Shown here piece by piece: positions 1 through 10,200 of a stretch of 64,000 nt of DNA. Position 1 is the first letter of the stretch. Every line of letters starts with the position of its first letter. The stretch covers positions 310,001-374,000 of the forward strand of contig CM102283.1 in assembly GCA_046563655.1 (NCBI GenBank), in the 5' to 3' direction. The notes below the pieces were generated by a model. That model was not told where the DNA came from and ran no database searches. It worked only from the letters and a program-made list of their open reading frames with translations. The translations under genes and the position numbers were made by a program. This stretch comes from Yuukianura sp. NJ FZ-2021 (lineage: Eukaryota).

Positions 1-23
1 ATAACGTTCATCCATTTCGCACA

Positions 24-438
24 TAGCCTGCCAAAAGAAACCGCAAACCACTTCCGGTCAACTTGCCCGTGCACATGCACGTACAATTCCATTTGAATTT
101 TCACTTTGCAAAACAACATCAAGGTCAATGGTCAAACAGAGTTCAGCTAGCTCGGGGGCGTGACTAGTCGTCCGTCTCTTGAGCCAATCAGCTTTGAGCA
201 TTTCAAAAGTGGGCGTGGCTCGAGGAAATGGAGACATTTGATTGTTCGAGACTTGCCGCTACGCTCGGGGGTGTCTCTAGCTCTAGCCAATGAACGTTTA
301 CCACTTCAATCGTGGGTGTGGCGTCGGAAATTGGAGACATTTGATTGGTCGACAAAACTTTTTACACATTGGGCCCGCCATGAAGCCATAATGTTGTCAT
401 TTCCTGCTTAAACTCAGACAAGTCGCCCGGGCGGACTG
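24..438 (+). repeat. Left arm of ~415-bp inverted repeat (partial Polinton TIR)
   Basis: Reverse complement of 4169-4582 with scattered substitutions and indels (TAGCCTGCCAAAAGAAACCGC...CCCGGGCGGACTG). Confidence 0.9.
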
Positions 439-968
439 GTCAGAGCGTCCATTTCGATTACATCTTATGGTAGGGGCAGTGAGTTCGACTCAACCTGACT
501 CCAAATAATTTTTATGTAGCTCAAGCGTTTACGGAACAATATATACTTAGGCTTGGCGTTTCTCACTGGTATGCCCGCAAGCTTACGCTTACACAACTAT
601 GTTGAATTAAATTACGAAACCGTCTTATCAGAAAAACGTACGGCATGAACCTGACTTTGAATAACCGTATAAAACATAACCGGCAATTTGTGATAACACC
701 AACAACTTGATGGAAAACCAAAAACATGAATGCAGTTTTTGGTTTCTTTTTTGTCCTAGGGCCTTGTCCTTGACCTTTTTTTGTTTTTTTTTCGTCTTTT
801 TCTAATTTCTGTTTTTTTTTGTTTTTTTCATTTTTTTCTACTTTTATTTTTAAAAGACATCATGTTTTTTTTTTCAATAAATAGATTAGTTTTTTTTTCA
901 TATTTTGAAAAGTTTACAACAAAAAAGACTTGAGACAGGGCTAATGAAGGTTAAAAATAAAGTTATTT

Positions 969-2829
969 TTAAAAGAATATTTTTTTGTTGGATGCAAGTC
1001 CAGTAATTCTATTTCGATCAATTTGTAAAGTTTCGTCTTCGATTCCGACGATGAGAACCACCAAATCCTTTGTCGTCGGGGTTTCAAAATGAATTTCCAA
1101 CCCGTATTGCCCACATCTGGTCGCATTGTATCCGTCAGTCCACAAATCCTGGACGTTAAATGCAAAGATTGCATTTCCGTGTACAAACTTGTCGTAGGAA
1201 ATGTCATTTCCTTTCAGTCTGACGAGAAACCAACTTGCACAAATTGTGGTAGGCAAGCATGTAATTTTTGTCTTTGAAAATCATTTTTTGATAGACCAAC
1301 GGTTTTTGCTCAAATTTTAGCAACAGACGGGTAACACCGTGGGGCTTAAAGTTGAATGGTGACTTTTCAACTTTTTTCCCTTCGTAAACTTCTCGTTCCA
1401 AAATGCCAACTAAAAGAAGTTTTGGCTGCATAGTACTGTGGTAGGCATTTGTCAAATCAACCGAACTGAGATTTTTCGACACATATTCTAAGCGCATGTG
1501 GGCCTGATCGTATGAATAGTTGGCCACTTTATTTTTGGCAAACCCTTGCCGGATCTGAGTCCCTATTTTTTCACTGGGATTCACTTGGCGAATATAATAC
1601 TCGGCCAATTCGACTGTAATTTTGTATTTGGTGGTAGTGGCCGGTCCTCGCAAGCAAAATGATGCATCGCTCTTTTTAATTTCAAAATAGAATTGAGTGT
1701 TGTGCGGGAATAGCTTCTTGTTAGTGAATAGGCGGACAAACGGGCGCCCAATCATTTCAAACGTTTGACTATTTTTTTGCCAAGTTTAAGCGCGCCTTGT
1801 AACTTGGGTTTGTGTCGTCGTAGGTGTCCATGACATCTCCAGCATAATAACCAGAGATGTCAAAAATATTTTTTATCAATATTTTAAATGTTTTCAATAT
1901 TTCGGCCTTTTTAGTCAATACAAAATATTTACTTTTTAGTAAATATTTACATCAATATTTCACCGATGTCGAGAAATATTCACTAGAAAATCGGAATTGG
2001 AGCGAAAATAACGTTTAAAATGGTCAAAAAGAAAAAAAAATCTTAAAAATTTAGTTTTTGTTGATCGCCGATGCTGGTAATATCGTTTTTCTCTTTTTCG
2101 TGGTCATTTTTTTTTTCAAATTCGGTCTCGTTTTGCGTCTAAATTGAATTAGTCGGCGATACAGATACTAAAACAGTACCACCAAACCCTGTAAGAATTA
2201 CTACAGCCGTCTATCAGCGTATAGCGTTTAAAATACGAGAGATCCAAATTAAATTACCATGAATTAAGACTTGTTGTTAGAGGCAAGTTACTTACATGAT
2301 CGGCTAATGTATAAAGTAAAAAATTTTAAAACTAAATTTTAACACAATGAGGTCTACCCTAAGGTTACTTTTGATTCGGGAGTTTCTACTGTAATTCCAC
2401 AGCTAACAAAACAATTGAAAAACTATATTTCTTCATAATCTGACACTCATACTTGTTCAAGGTTATGTTTTATTCCAGTGTTACATTGTGGCAGAGTCCA
2501 TCATCAGTACGTATTATTAGCAAATATAAGTAAATATTTTCATCAATATTTGAGCAGTTTTCAATGTGGTCTGCATCGGTGAGCGGAGTCCCGTCACTTT
2601 TTTTAATTGAAAACACTAGTTTTAAAAATGAATCGGACAGGTCCAAGTAACCACGCGCTGGCTGCTCCACTCGAAAGTAGATTGGATTAGGGTCTGTCGC
2701 TGGTGAAAATGGTTTCACTACTAGATAATTGCCCAAAATGCACGACACATCCGTGGTTGGCTTTGAAAATAGGTCGAATTTTTCACTTGTCGTGACCAAT
2801 TTCGAATTCACTGGCACATTAACCTCCAT
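969..2829 (-). pseudogene. Polinton/adintovirus major capsid protein (double jelly-roll, hexon-like), disrupted
   Basis: N-terminus MEVNVP..SEKFDLFSKPTTDVS..P..IYFRV..YLDLSDSFL; middle GYY..MD..N..YKAR..NSQTFEMIG..SPFNFK..YMLAYHNL; C-terminus GNDISY..GNAIFAFNV..G..GLEIHF..LQIDRNR. All match Polinton MCP motifs. Broken by a ~700-bp insertion (~1852-2545) and frameshifts near 1775 and 1230. Confidence 0.85.
1852..2545. mobile_element. AT-rich insertion in the MCP gene, probable hAT-type MITE fragment
   Basis: Begins CAGAGATG, has repeated AATATT/TCAATATTT subterminal motifs and interrupts the MCP frame. The second terminus is missing and roughly 50 MCP codons appear deleted. Confidence 0.5.
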
Positions 2830-2974
2830 TTTAGCACAAAAACACGCACGAGATGCTGCCCCGACGGTTTCCAATTGACGACTGAGCACTATTTTCAAGG
2901 GTTAACGTGTAAATTTTGGGGTAGCACTGCACAATCGACACGTGTTTACTCGTCGAAATGCAAACGCAGACTGA

Positions 2975-3381
2975 CTAATTGTTGTAAAATAGGCTCCCTT
3001 TTATAGCCTTTTGCGCCAAATTTTGCAATTTTGCAACAATTTTACGCCTTTTTCGCCCACTTTTGGCAGATTTCTCTGGTTTTCTGCTATTGTCTTTAGA
3101 AATTTTCATTTTTCTGCAATTGTTGCAAAGATTTTCGTCTGAATCTGTATTGCTCGACCTATTTTTGGGTAAATTTTTCTTCAAATTTTTTACTTTTTGG
3201 GGCGTGAGCGCGTTCTTACCCTCTTTTTGGGCAATTCCGCAACCATTTTCTGAGCAATAGCAGTTGATGCTATGGTTTTTGTGGCTAAACTTGCATTGTC
3301 GCACTTGTTTTCGCCAATTTCTGGCGTCAAACTGCCACTATTGTTGCTAAAATCAGAGTTTTCTGGTTCGCTAAGTTCCAT
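2975..3381 (-). pseudogene. Small Lys/Arg-rich Polinton protein between penton and MCP (possible core/DNA-binding protein), likely frameshifted
   Basis: MELSEP... starts at 3381. Its TTTTGTG..AAAATGGA context and upstream TCAGT are shared with the MCP start. It has basic tracts (PKKRVRTRSRPKK, GRKRRK) in two overlapping frames joined at an A-run near 3190. Confidence 0.45.
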
Positions 3382-3567
3382 TTTCACACAAAAAACAAAC
3401 GAGACGTTGCTTCGACGACGACGAATTCGATACTGACGACGTTTTAATGGGTTTTGGGGTAAGTTTTGCACAATTTTGCACTGTTTTCGTGTTGCTTGGT
3501 CGCAAGTCAAACGTCAACTGAACAGATTTTGTCTTTTGTGGCCTTTAATAACTGATTTTTTGAGAAT

Positions 3568-3957
3568 TTAGGTGGCTTTTCTGACGTGAAGTTGGGTAGC
3601 GCTGTGTGCTTCAGGAATTGGTGCAAGGCTTTCGTCCAAAAGTTGAACGTAAATGGAATTGATCATAGACTGTCTTTTTACAGCAAAATACCGCGGTTTG
3701 ACTTGCAAGTCGACTGGCTTGCCATCCTGGTCGGCTTGGCGGAAGATTCCAATCAACGGCAGGACTTTTTCCCCAAACTGGGTATAGTCGGCAACATCGC
3801 ACACAACAAGGAGATGTTTTGATGTCACCCCAAGGTCAATTTCGGCTTTGGCTGGATGAGTTTGGCTAAATCCTTTGAATGCAGCTCCGAATGAAGGGTT
3901 TAACAACGACGGCCATTGCTGACGGCGATTTGAACAATAACAAAGTAACACTTTCAC
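3568..3957 (-). pseudogene. Polinton minor capsid protein (penton), C-terminal fragment
   Basis: AEIDLG..HLLVVCDVADYTQFGEKVLPLIGIF..PRYFAV..INSIYVQLLDE..PIP..LHVRK resembles the conserved penton C-terminus (..VYCD..Q.VGD..PLL..P.Y..V..I.I.I.D..P..LHFRK). No ATG and no N-terminal half. Confidence 0.75.
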
Positions 3958-4036
3958 TTAAACTTTTTTAGGAGAAGGTAATGTTACCGACGCAGAAGCT
4001 AGTGAAACACTCAGCCGCTTGTGGCAACGTCACGGC

Positions 4037-4066
4037 CTTATATAGGCACAGCCGGTGACGTCACCG
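4037..4066 (-). promoter_or_regulatory. Putative Pol II promoter (TATA box plus CRE palindrome) facing the capsid genes
   Basis: TATATAAG on the minus strand (4037-4044) and the 14-bp palindrome CGGTGACGTCACCG (4053-4066) lie just inside the right IR. Confidence 0.45.
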
Positions 4067-4168
4067 TAAAAAACTGCAAAAAAATGCAGGGGTCGCGTGG
4101 CAAGGGGTGAAGACGTGACAGTCGCAATGTAACCACCGACAAGTAAGCGTGACCATTTTGTGTATAAA

Positions 4169-5295
4169 CAGTCCGCCCGGGTGACTTGTCTGAGTTTAAG
4201 CAGGAAATGACAACACCATGGCTGGCGGGCGGGCCCAATGTGTAAAAAGTTTTGTCCACCAATCAAATGTCTCCATTTTCCGAGGCCACGCCCCCGATTG
4301 AAATGGTAAACGTTCATTTGCCAGAGCTATCACGCCCCCGAGTGTAGCGGCAAGCCTCGACCAATCAAATGCCTCCATTTCCTCGAGCCACGCCCACTTT
4401 TGAAATGCTCAAAGCTGACTGGCTCAAGACATGGGCGACTAGTCACGCCCCCGAGCTAGCTGAACTCGGTTTGACCTTTGACCTTGATGTTGTTTTGCAA
4501 AGTGAAAATTCAAATGGAATTGTACGTGCATGTGCACGGGCAAGTTGACCGGAAGTGGTTTGCGGTTTCTTTTGGCAGGCTAGCCGGAAGTGGTTTGCGG
4601 TTTCTTTTGGCAGGCTAACCGTAAGTGGTTAGCTGTTTGTTTTGGCACGAGTGGCACCCAACTAATCCTCTGACCAGCCGAAAATACTGCCCATGCACCA
4701 TACTTGATCCTCTTGGTCCCGGGATCCCAGAAAAGGGCTCCCGGGACTTGACAATTTCAAAATGCTCGATTGACCTTGAGAAAAATGACTTTGAACAATT
4801 TACATGAAATTGCAAATGGGCGCGCATGACCTGACGCAAATTCATATGCCAATGCAAAGGGCGCGCATGACCTTGAAAAAAAAAATTGGAATGACCTTGA
4901 AAAAATTGGCGTGACCTTGACATTTCAAGTTGGGGTAATCTGGGGATATTTACCTTCACTTTTGATTTCAATTTCCAAGTTTCAAAACATTTTCCAATTT
5001 CTAAATTTCAGGGAAAAATTTTTTTTCAAAAAATGATTTTTCTTTCAAAATTGATTTTTTAAAAAAAAATTTCAATTTTGTGGTTTGGGGGAGGGGGGCA
5101 CGTGACTTGGGGGTCACGTGGGGGGGATATAGGGGGAGGGATGTATAGTGGGGGGGGGTATGGGGGGTGCGGAAGGGGGGGTGATGACGTCATATGCAAA
5201 ACGTTTTTGCGCATGAGCTAAAAACGTTTTTATGCAGATGCAACTGCTGATGAGGATGGCGGCCATCTTGGATTTTTGGAAATTCCTCTACCACT
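4169..5295 (-). repeat. Right terminal inverted repeat region of the Polinton remnant
   Basis: 4169-4582 matches the left arm. It includes a ~35-bp tandem duplication (4549-4617), TGACCT-rich repeats, a G-rich tract at ~5085-5182 and the putative terminus at 5295. Confidence 0.75.
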
Positions 5296-5739
5296 AAGTA
5301 TAGCTTACGGGAAATGCGTTTGGGCCCAGATTCCTATTCATTTCCAAACTCCTCCTTTGCTCTGAGATGCAAACAGTGCGCCCACGCCATTTGCAAGGAA
5401 ATAGGGTACTGTGTTATTTTCTAACCCAAACAATTACGGAAGTGGGTGCCATAAAAATTAGAAAGTAGGTTATAAAGTTCAAAATCGCTCTACATCAATT
5501 TATAACCTGTGACAAAGTTATAATATTTTTTATAAATTTGAAGTGCTTGTGCTTTAACCAAAGCCATACTATAATAAATCAACACATAAATTATTGTAAA
5601 CTTAATTATCTTATCTTACAGCTGTAGTTACAGTACATTAAACTCATACGAAACAAAGCTGTATTGAATCCCATTGGAATGCGATGCTTAAAAAAAGAAA
5701 TAAACCGGTTGTAATAGCGCATAAGCAAGGTATGGCAGT

Positions 5740-6795
5740 GCTCAAAGGTTGAGCACACGTCTTTTGTAGGTTAGGTTCGCAATTTCGCAATTGATATAGC
5801 TTGTAGCCCGGCTGTCCGCAACCCCGTTGAAGAAAATCGTTAAGAAACCATTTTCACGAAATTTATGCAACAAAACGTCGCTGGTAATTTTTAGTGCAGA
5901 TATTTCTTCGCAATTGCACCAAAATGTTAAGAACCCGTTTGCATCCAAATGTTGTTAAACTTGAGTTCTGAACAGTTCTCACTTTCTTCAAAATTATTTT
6001 GATGCACAACATTTTAGTTTTCTGGAGACGCATGTCTACGACATGCTAAAGAAGTCTATTGATACGACATTACTGTCTGTCCGTCCGTTTCGTCCGTCCG
6101 TAATGTGTTTAAGGACCCTTTCCCTTGAAACATTAGCCCCATCGCAGTCGGTGGGTTATCTATGACTTAAGTGTTTTTAGTAGTAAAAGTCGTACATTAG
6201 CTACGTACCAGCAGTATCGTGGCTCCGCAAAACTGTTTTGGTTTCCATTGCACTCAAAGTATTTATAAAGAACGGAGTTTTGATCCGGTCATTTTTTGGC
6301 AAGATGTTTATTTACGTTGTTAAATTAAGACTGATTAGAGGGTAGAAAATTCGGGTTAAATTCGTAACATGTACACATTGCATGACGTAGTTAAAAGGTG
6401 CCTTTGCAAGAAATTTTTATAATTGTGAATTTACACAAGTGATATTTGACTCTAAAGAATTATAGAATATTTGAAGTAAAGGGATTCTAATTTTGGGCAT
6501 ACTTGAGAACAATTTGATGCAAAAATGTTATGCTTCAAAAGATTTGAACAGAGTGAAATCTGAGCTAAATTTGAACAACGTTTTCATGCAAACGGTTTTT
6601 TCACATTTTAGTGCAATTTTGCACAAAAACGCCCCATATCTGCATTGAAAATTATGAACGAGGTTTCGTTGCATAAATCTTGTGAAAACGGTTTCTTAAC
6701 GTTTTTCTTGAACGAGTTTCCGGACAGCCGGTCTAAAAGCCGTATCAATTACCAACTCCCTCCAGAAGACCAATGCTCAACCCTTGAACATTGCC
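5740..6795. repeat. Old diverged inverted repeat pair (~5740-5970 vs ~6560-6795)
   Basis: Visible reverse-complement similarity; the spurious ORFs 5742..5948(-) and 6645..6839(+) share LHK..ENGFLT.F.N..DSR. Confidence 0.6.
6012..6375 (+). mobile_element. DINE-1/Helentron-like non-autonomous repeat, family A
   Basis: TTTAGTTTTCTGGAGACGCATGTCTACGACATGC (hairpin) followed by a GTCY microsatellite. An inverted homologue lies at ~42058-42195 and ~43180-43256. Confidence 0.55.
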
Positions 6796-7275
6796 CTATT
6801 TTGTCTGCATCATTTTTGCATCGAATTGTTCTCAAGTAACCACAAAATAAGAATGTCATTGAATCTGTTCATGTAAATGCACAATTATTCGGATGTAATC
6901 ACCATTCTAAAAGATGTATGTGCAATTCTCTAGTATGCACAAATTTTGAAATAACAAAGTCCATTAACCAGCGTCAAAATAACTGTGGAATTCGACATAC
7001 CTAGTGAAGCAAAGGTTTTGCGGATTAGGTGGGAGAAAGCTGTTTGATTAACCTTTTGAAGGCTAAATACAACTAAAGTCGTTTGTTTTTTGCGACCTCA
7101 GGGGCCGGTTGACGACTATAGTCGTCTGTTGTTGGTTTTAAAAAACCGCTGGAGGAAATAAAAAACCGTTTTTTCCATAGCAACGTATTATGCATGCGTT
7201 GCATCGGTTTTTTGGGAAAATATGCATCGTCTCAGCAAGAAAATACAGATTATTTTGCACGCCTCAAAAGGTAGG

Positions 7276-10200
7276 TTTGTTGACGCTCATGGTAAACCTC
7301 ACTGCATTTGCGTTGGGTTTGAAAATGTGTTTTTCCAGAATACTTTGGTGCTGTAAGCCTCGCTCACCTTTCCCAACAGCAAAAATAACTGTGAAATGCA
7401 CCCAAAGAAGAACAACGTGATTTCTGTAACAGGGCCAAAATGTGGCACTGGACTGCGAGTCAGCATGCCACTGGCGAAGCCAATAAAACTCGATCACGTC
7501 AAGGGATGGGACAAGTGATCCGTATCTTCATAGACTCAGTGGCCTTTCCGGCACTCGCGAAATAAGTCGTAACGACACAAAAATATTGGTTAACAGCCGC
7601 GTAATGTTTAGGCGTTGGTACATCGGCGTAAGAGCAAGCAGAAAGCGGACTTAGGTGGTACTATTGTAACAAAGAAAAACCTATAATTACATCAGGTGAA
7701 CTCGAAAAAGCCCTGATATCAGTTCTCTTCAAAGCCAAATTTTGAAGTGATGAGAAATAGTCGTTGCTATAGTTTTACAGTTTGATTAAACTAGCTTTGT
7801 TGACGCTCATGGTGTAAACTTCAATGCATTTGCGCTTGGTTTGAAAATGTGTTTCTCCAGAATACTTTGGTGCTGTAAGCCTCGCTCACCTTTCCCAACA
7901 GCAAAAATAACTGTGAAATGCACCCAAAGAAGAACAACGTGATTTCTGTAACAGGGCCAAAATGTGGCACTGGACTGCGAGTCAGCATGCCACTGGCGAA
8001 GCCAATAAAACTCGATCACGTCAAGGGATGGGACAAGTGATCCGTATCTTCATAGACTCAGTGGCCTTTCCGGCACTCGCGAAATAAGTCGTAACGACAC
8101 AAAAATATTGGTTAACAGCCGCGTAATGTTTAGGCGTTGGTACATCGGCGTAAGAGCAAGCAGAAAGCGGACTTAGGTGGTACTATTGTAACAAAGAAAA
8201 ACCTATAATTACATCAGGTGAACTCGTAAAAGCCCTGATATCAGTTCTCTTCAAAGCCAAATTTTGAAGTGATGAGAAATAGTCGTTGCTATAGTTTTAC
8301 AGTTTGATTAAACTAGCTTTGTTGACGCTCATGTTGTAAACTTCAATGCATTTGCGCTTGGTTTGAAAATGTGTTTCTCCAGAATACTTTGGTGCTGTAA
8401 GCCTCGCTCACCTTTCCCAACAGCAAAAATAACTGTGAAATGCACCCAAAGAAGAACAACGTGATTTCTGTAACAGGGCCAAAATGTGGCACTGGACTGC
8501 GAGTCAGCATGCCACTGGCGAAGCCAATAAAACTCGATCACGTCAAGGGATGGGACAAGTGATCCGTATCTTCATAGACTCAGTGACCTTTCCGGCACTC
8601 GCGAAATAAGTCGTAACGACACAAAAATATTGGTTAACAGCCGCGTAATGTTTAGGCGTTGGTACATCGGCGTAAGAGCAAGCAGAAAGCGGACTTAGGT
8701 GGTACTATTGTAACAAAGAAAAACCTATAATTACATCAGGTGAACTCGTAAAAGCCCTGATATCAGTTCTCTTCAAAGCCAAATTTTGAAGTGATGAGAA
8801 ATAGTCGTTGCTATAGTTTTACAGTTTGATTAAACTAGCTTTGTTGACGCTCATGGTGTAAACTTCAATGCATTTGCGCTTGGTTTGAAAATGTGTTTTT
8901 CCAGAATACTTTGGTGCTGTAAGCCTCGCTCACCTTTCCCAACAGCAAAAATAACTGTGAAATGCACCCAAAGAAGAACAACGTGATTTCTGTAACAGGG
9001 CCAAAATGTGGCACTGGACTGCGAGTCAGCATGCCACTGGCGAAGCCAATAAAACTCGATCACGTCAAGGGATGGGACAAGTGATCCGTATCTTCATAGA
9101 CTCAGCGGCCTTTCCGGCACTCGCGAAATAAGTCGTAACGACACAAAAATATTGGTTAACAGCCGCGTAATGTTTAGGCGTTGGTACCTCGGCGTAAGAG
9201 CAAGCAGAAAGCGGACTTAGGTGGTACTATTGTAACAAAGAAAAACCTATAATTACATTAGGTGAACTCGTAAAAGCCCTGATATCAGTTCTCTTCAAAG
9301 CCAAATTTTGAAGTGATGAGAAATAGTCGTTGCTATAGTTTTACAGTTTGATTAAACTAGCTTTGTTGACGCTCATGGTGTAAACTTCAATGCATTTGCG
9401 CTTGGTTTGAAAATGTGTTTCTCCAGAATACTTTGGTGCTGTAAGCCTCGCTCACCTTTCCCAACAGCAAAAATAACTGTGAAATGCACCCAAAGAAGAA
9501 CAACGTGATTTCTGTAACAGGGCCAAAATGTGGCACTGGACTGCGAGTCAGCATGCCACTGGCGAAGCCAATAAAACTCGATCACGTCAAGGGATGGGAC
9601 AAGTGATCCGTATCTTCATAGACTCAGCGGCCTTTCCGGCACTCGCGAAATAAGTCGTAACGACACAAAAATATTGGTTAACAGCCGCGTAATGTTTAGG
9701 CGTTGGTACATCGGCGTAAGAGCAAGCAGAAAGCGGACGTAGGTGGTACTATTGTAACAAAGAAAAACCTATAATTACATCAGGTGAACTCGTAAAAGCC
9801 CTGATATCAGTTCTCTTCAAAGCCAAATTTTGAAGTGATGAGAAATAGTCGTTGCTATAGTTTTACAGTTTGATTAAACTAGCTTTGTTGACGCTCATGG
9901 TGTAAACTTCAATGCATTTGCGCTTGGTTTGAAAATGTGTTTCTCCAGAATACTTTGGTGCTGTAAGCCTCGCTCACCTTTCCCAACAGCAAAAATAACT
10001 GTGAAATGCACCCAAAGAAGAACAACGTGATTTCTGTAACAGGGCCAAAATGTGGCACTGGACTGCGAGTCAGCATGCCACTGGCGAAGCCAATAAAACT
10101 CGATCACGTCAAGGGATGGGACAAGTGATCCGTATCTTCATAGACTCAGTGACCTTTCCGGCACTCGCGAAATAAGTCGTAACGACACAAAAATATTGGT

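Larger units (their letters stand above)
24..5295 (-). mobile_element. Degraded Polinton/Maverick (adintovirus-like) element, capsid module only
   Basis: Inverted repeats at 24-438 and 4169-4582 enclose recognisable Polinton MCP and penton sequences. The right end reads ...GGCGGCCATCTTGGATTTTTGGAAATTCCTCTACCACT (5295), consistent with AG...CT Polinton termini and a YY1-like CAAGATGGC motif. The left terminus and TSD are not visible. Confidence 0.8.

Noticed and set aside
160-411. ORFs within the Polinton inverted repeats (also 4030-4378)
   Set aside because: Frames are not conserved between the two arms.
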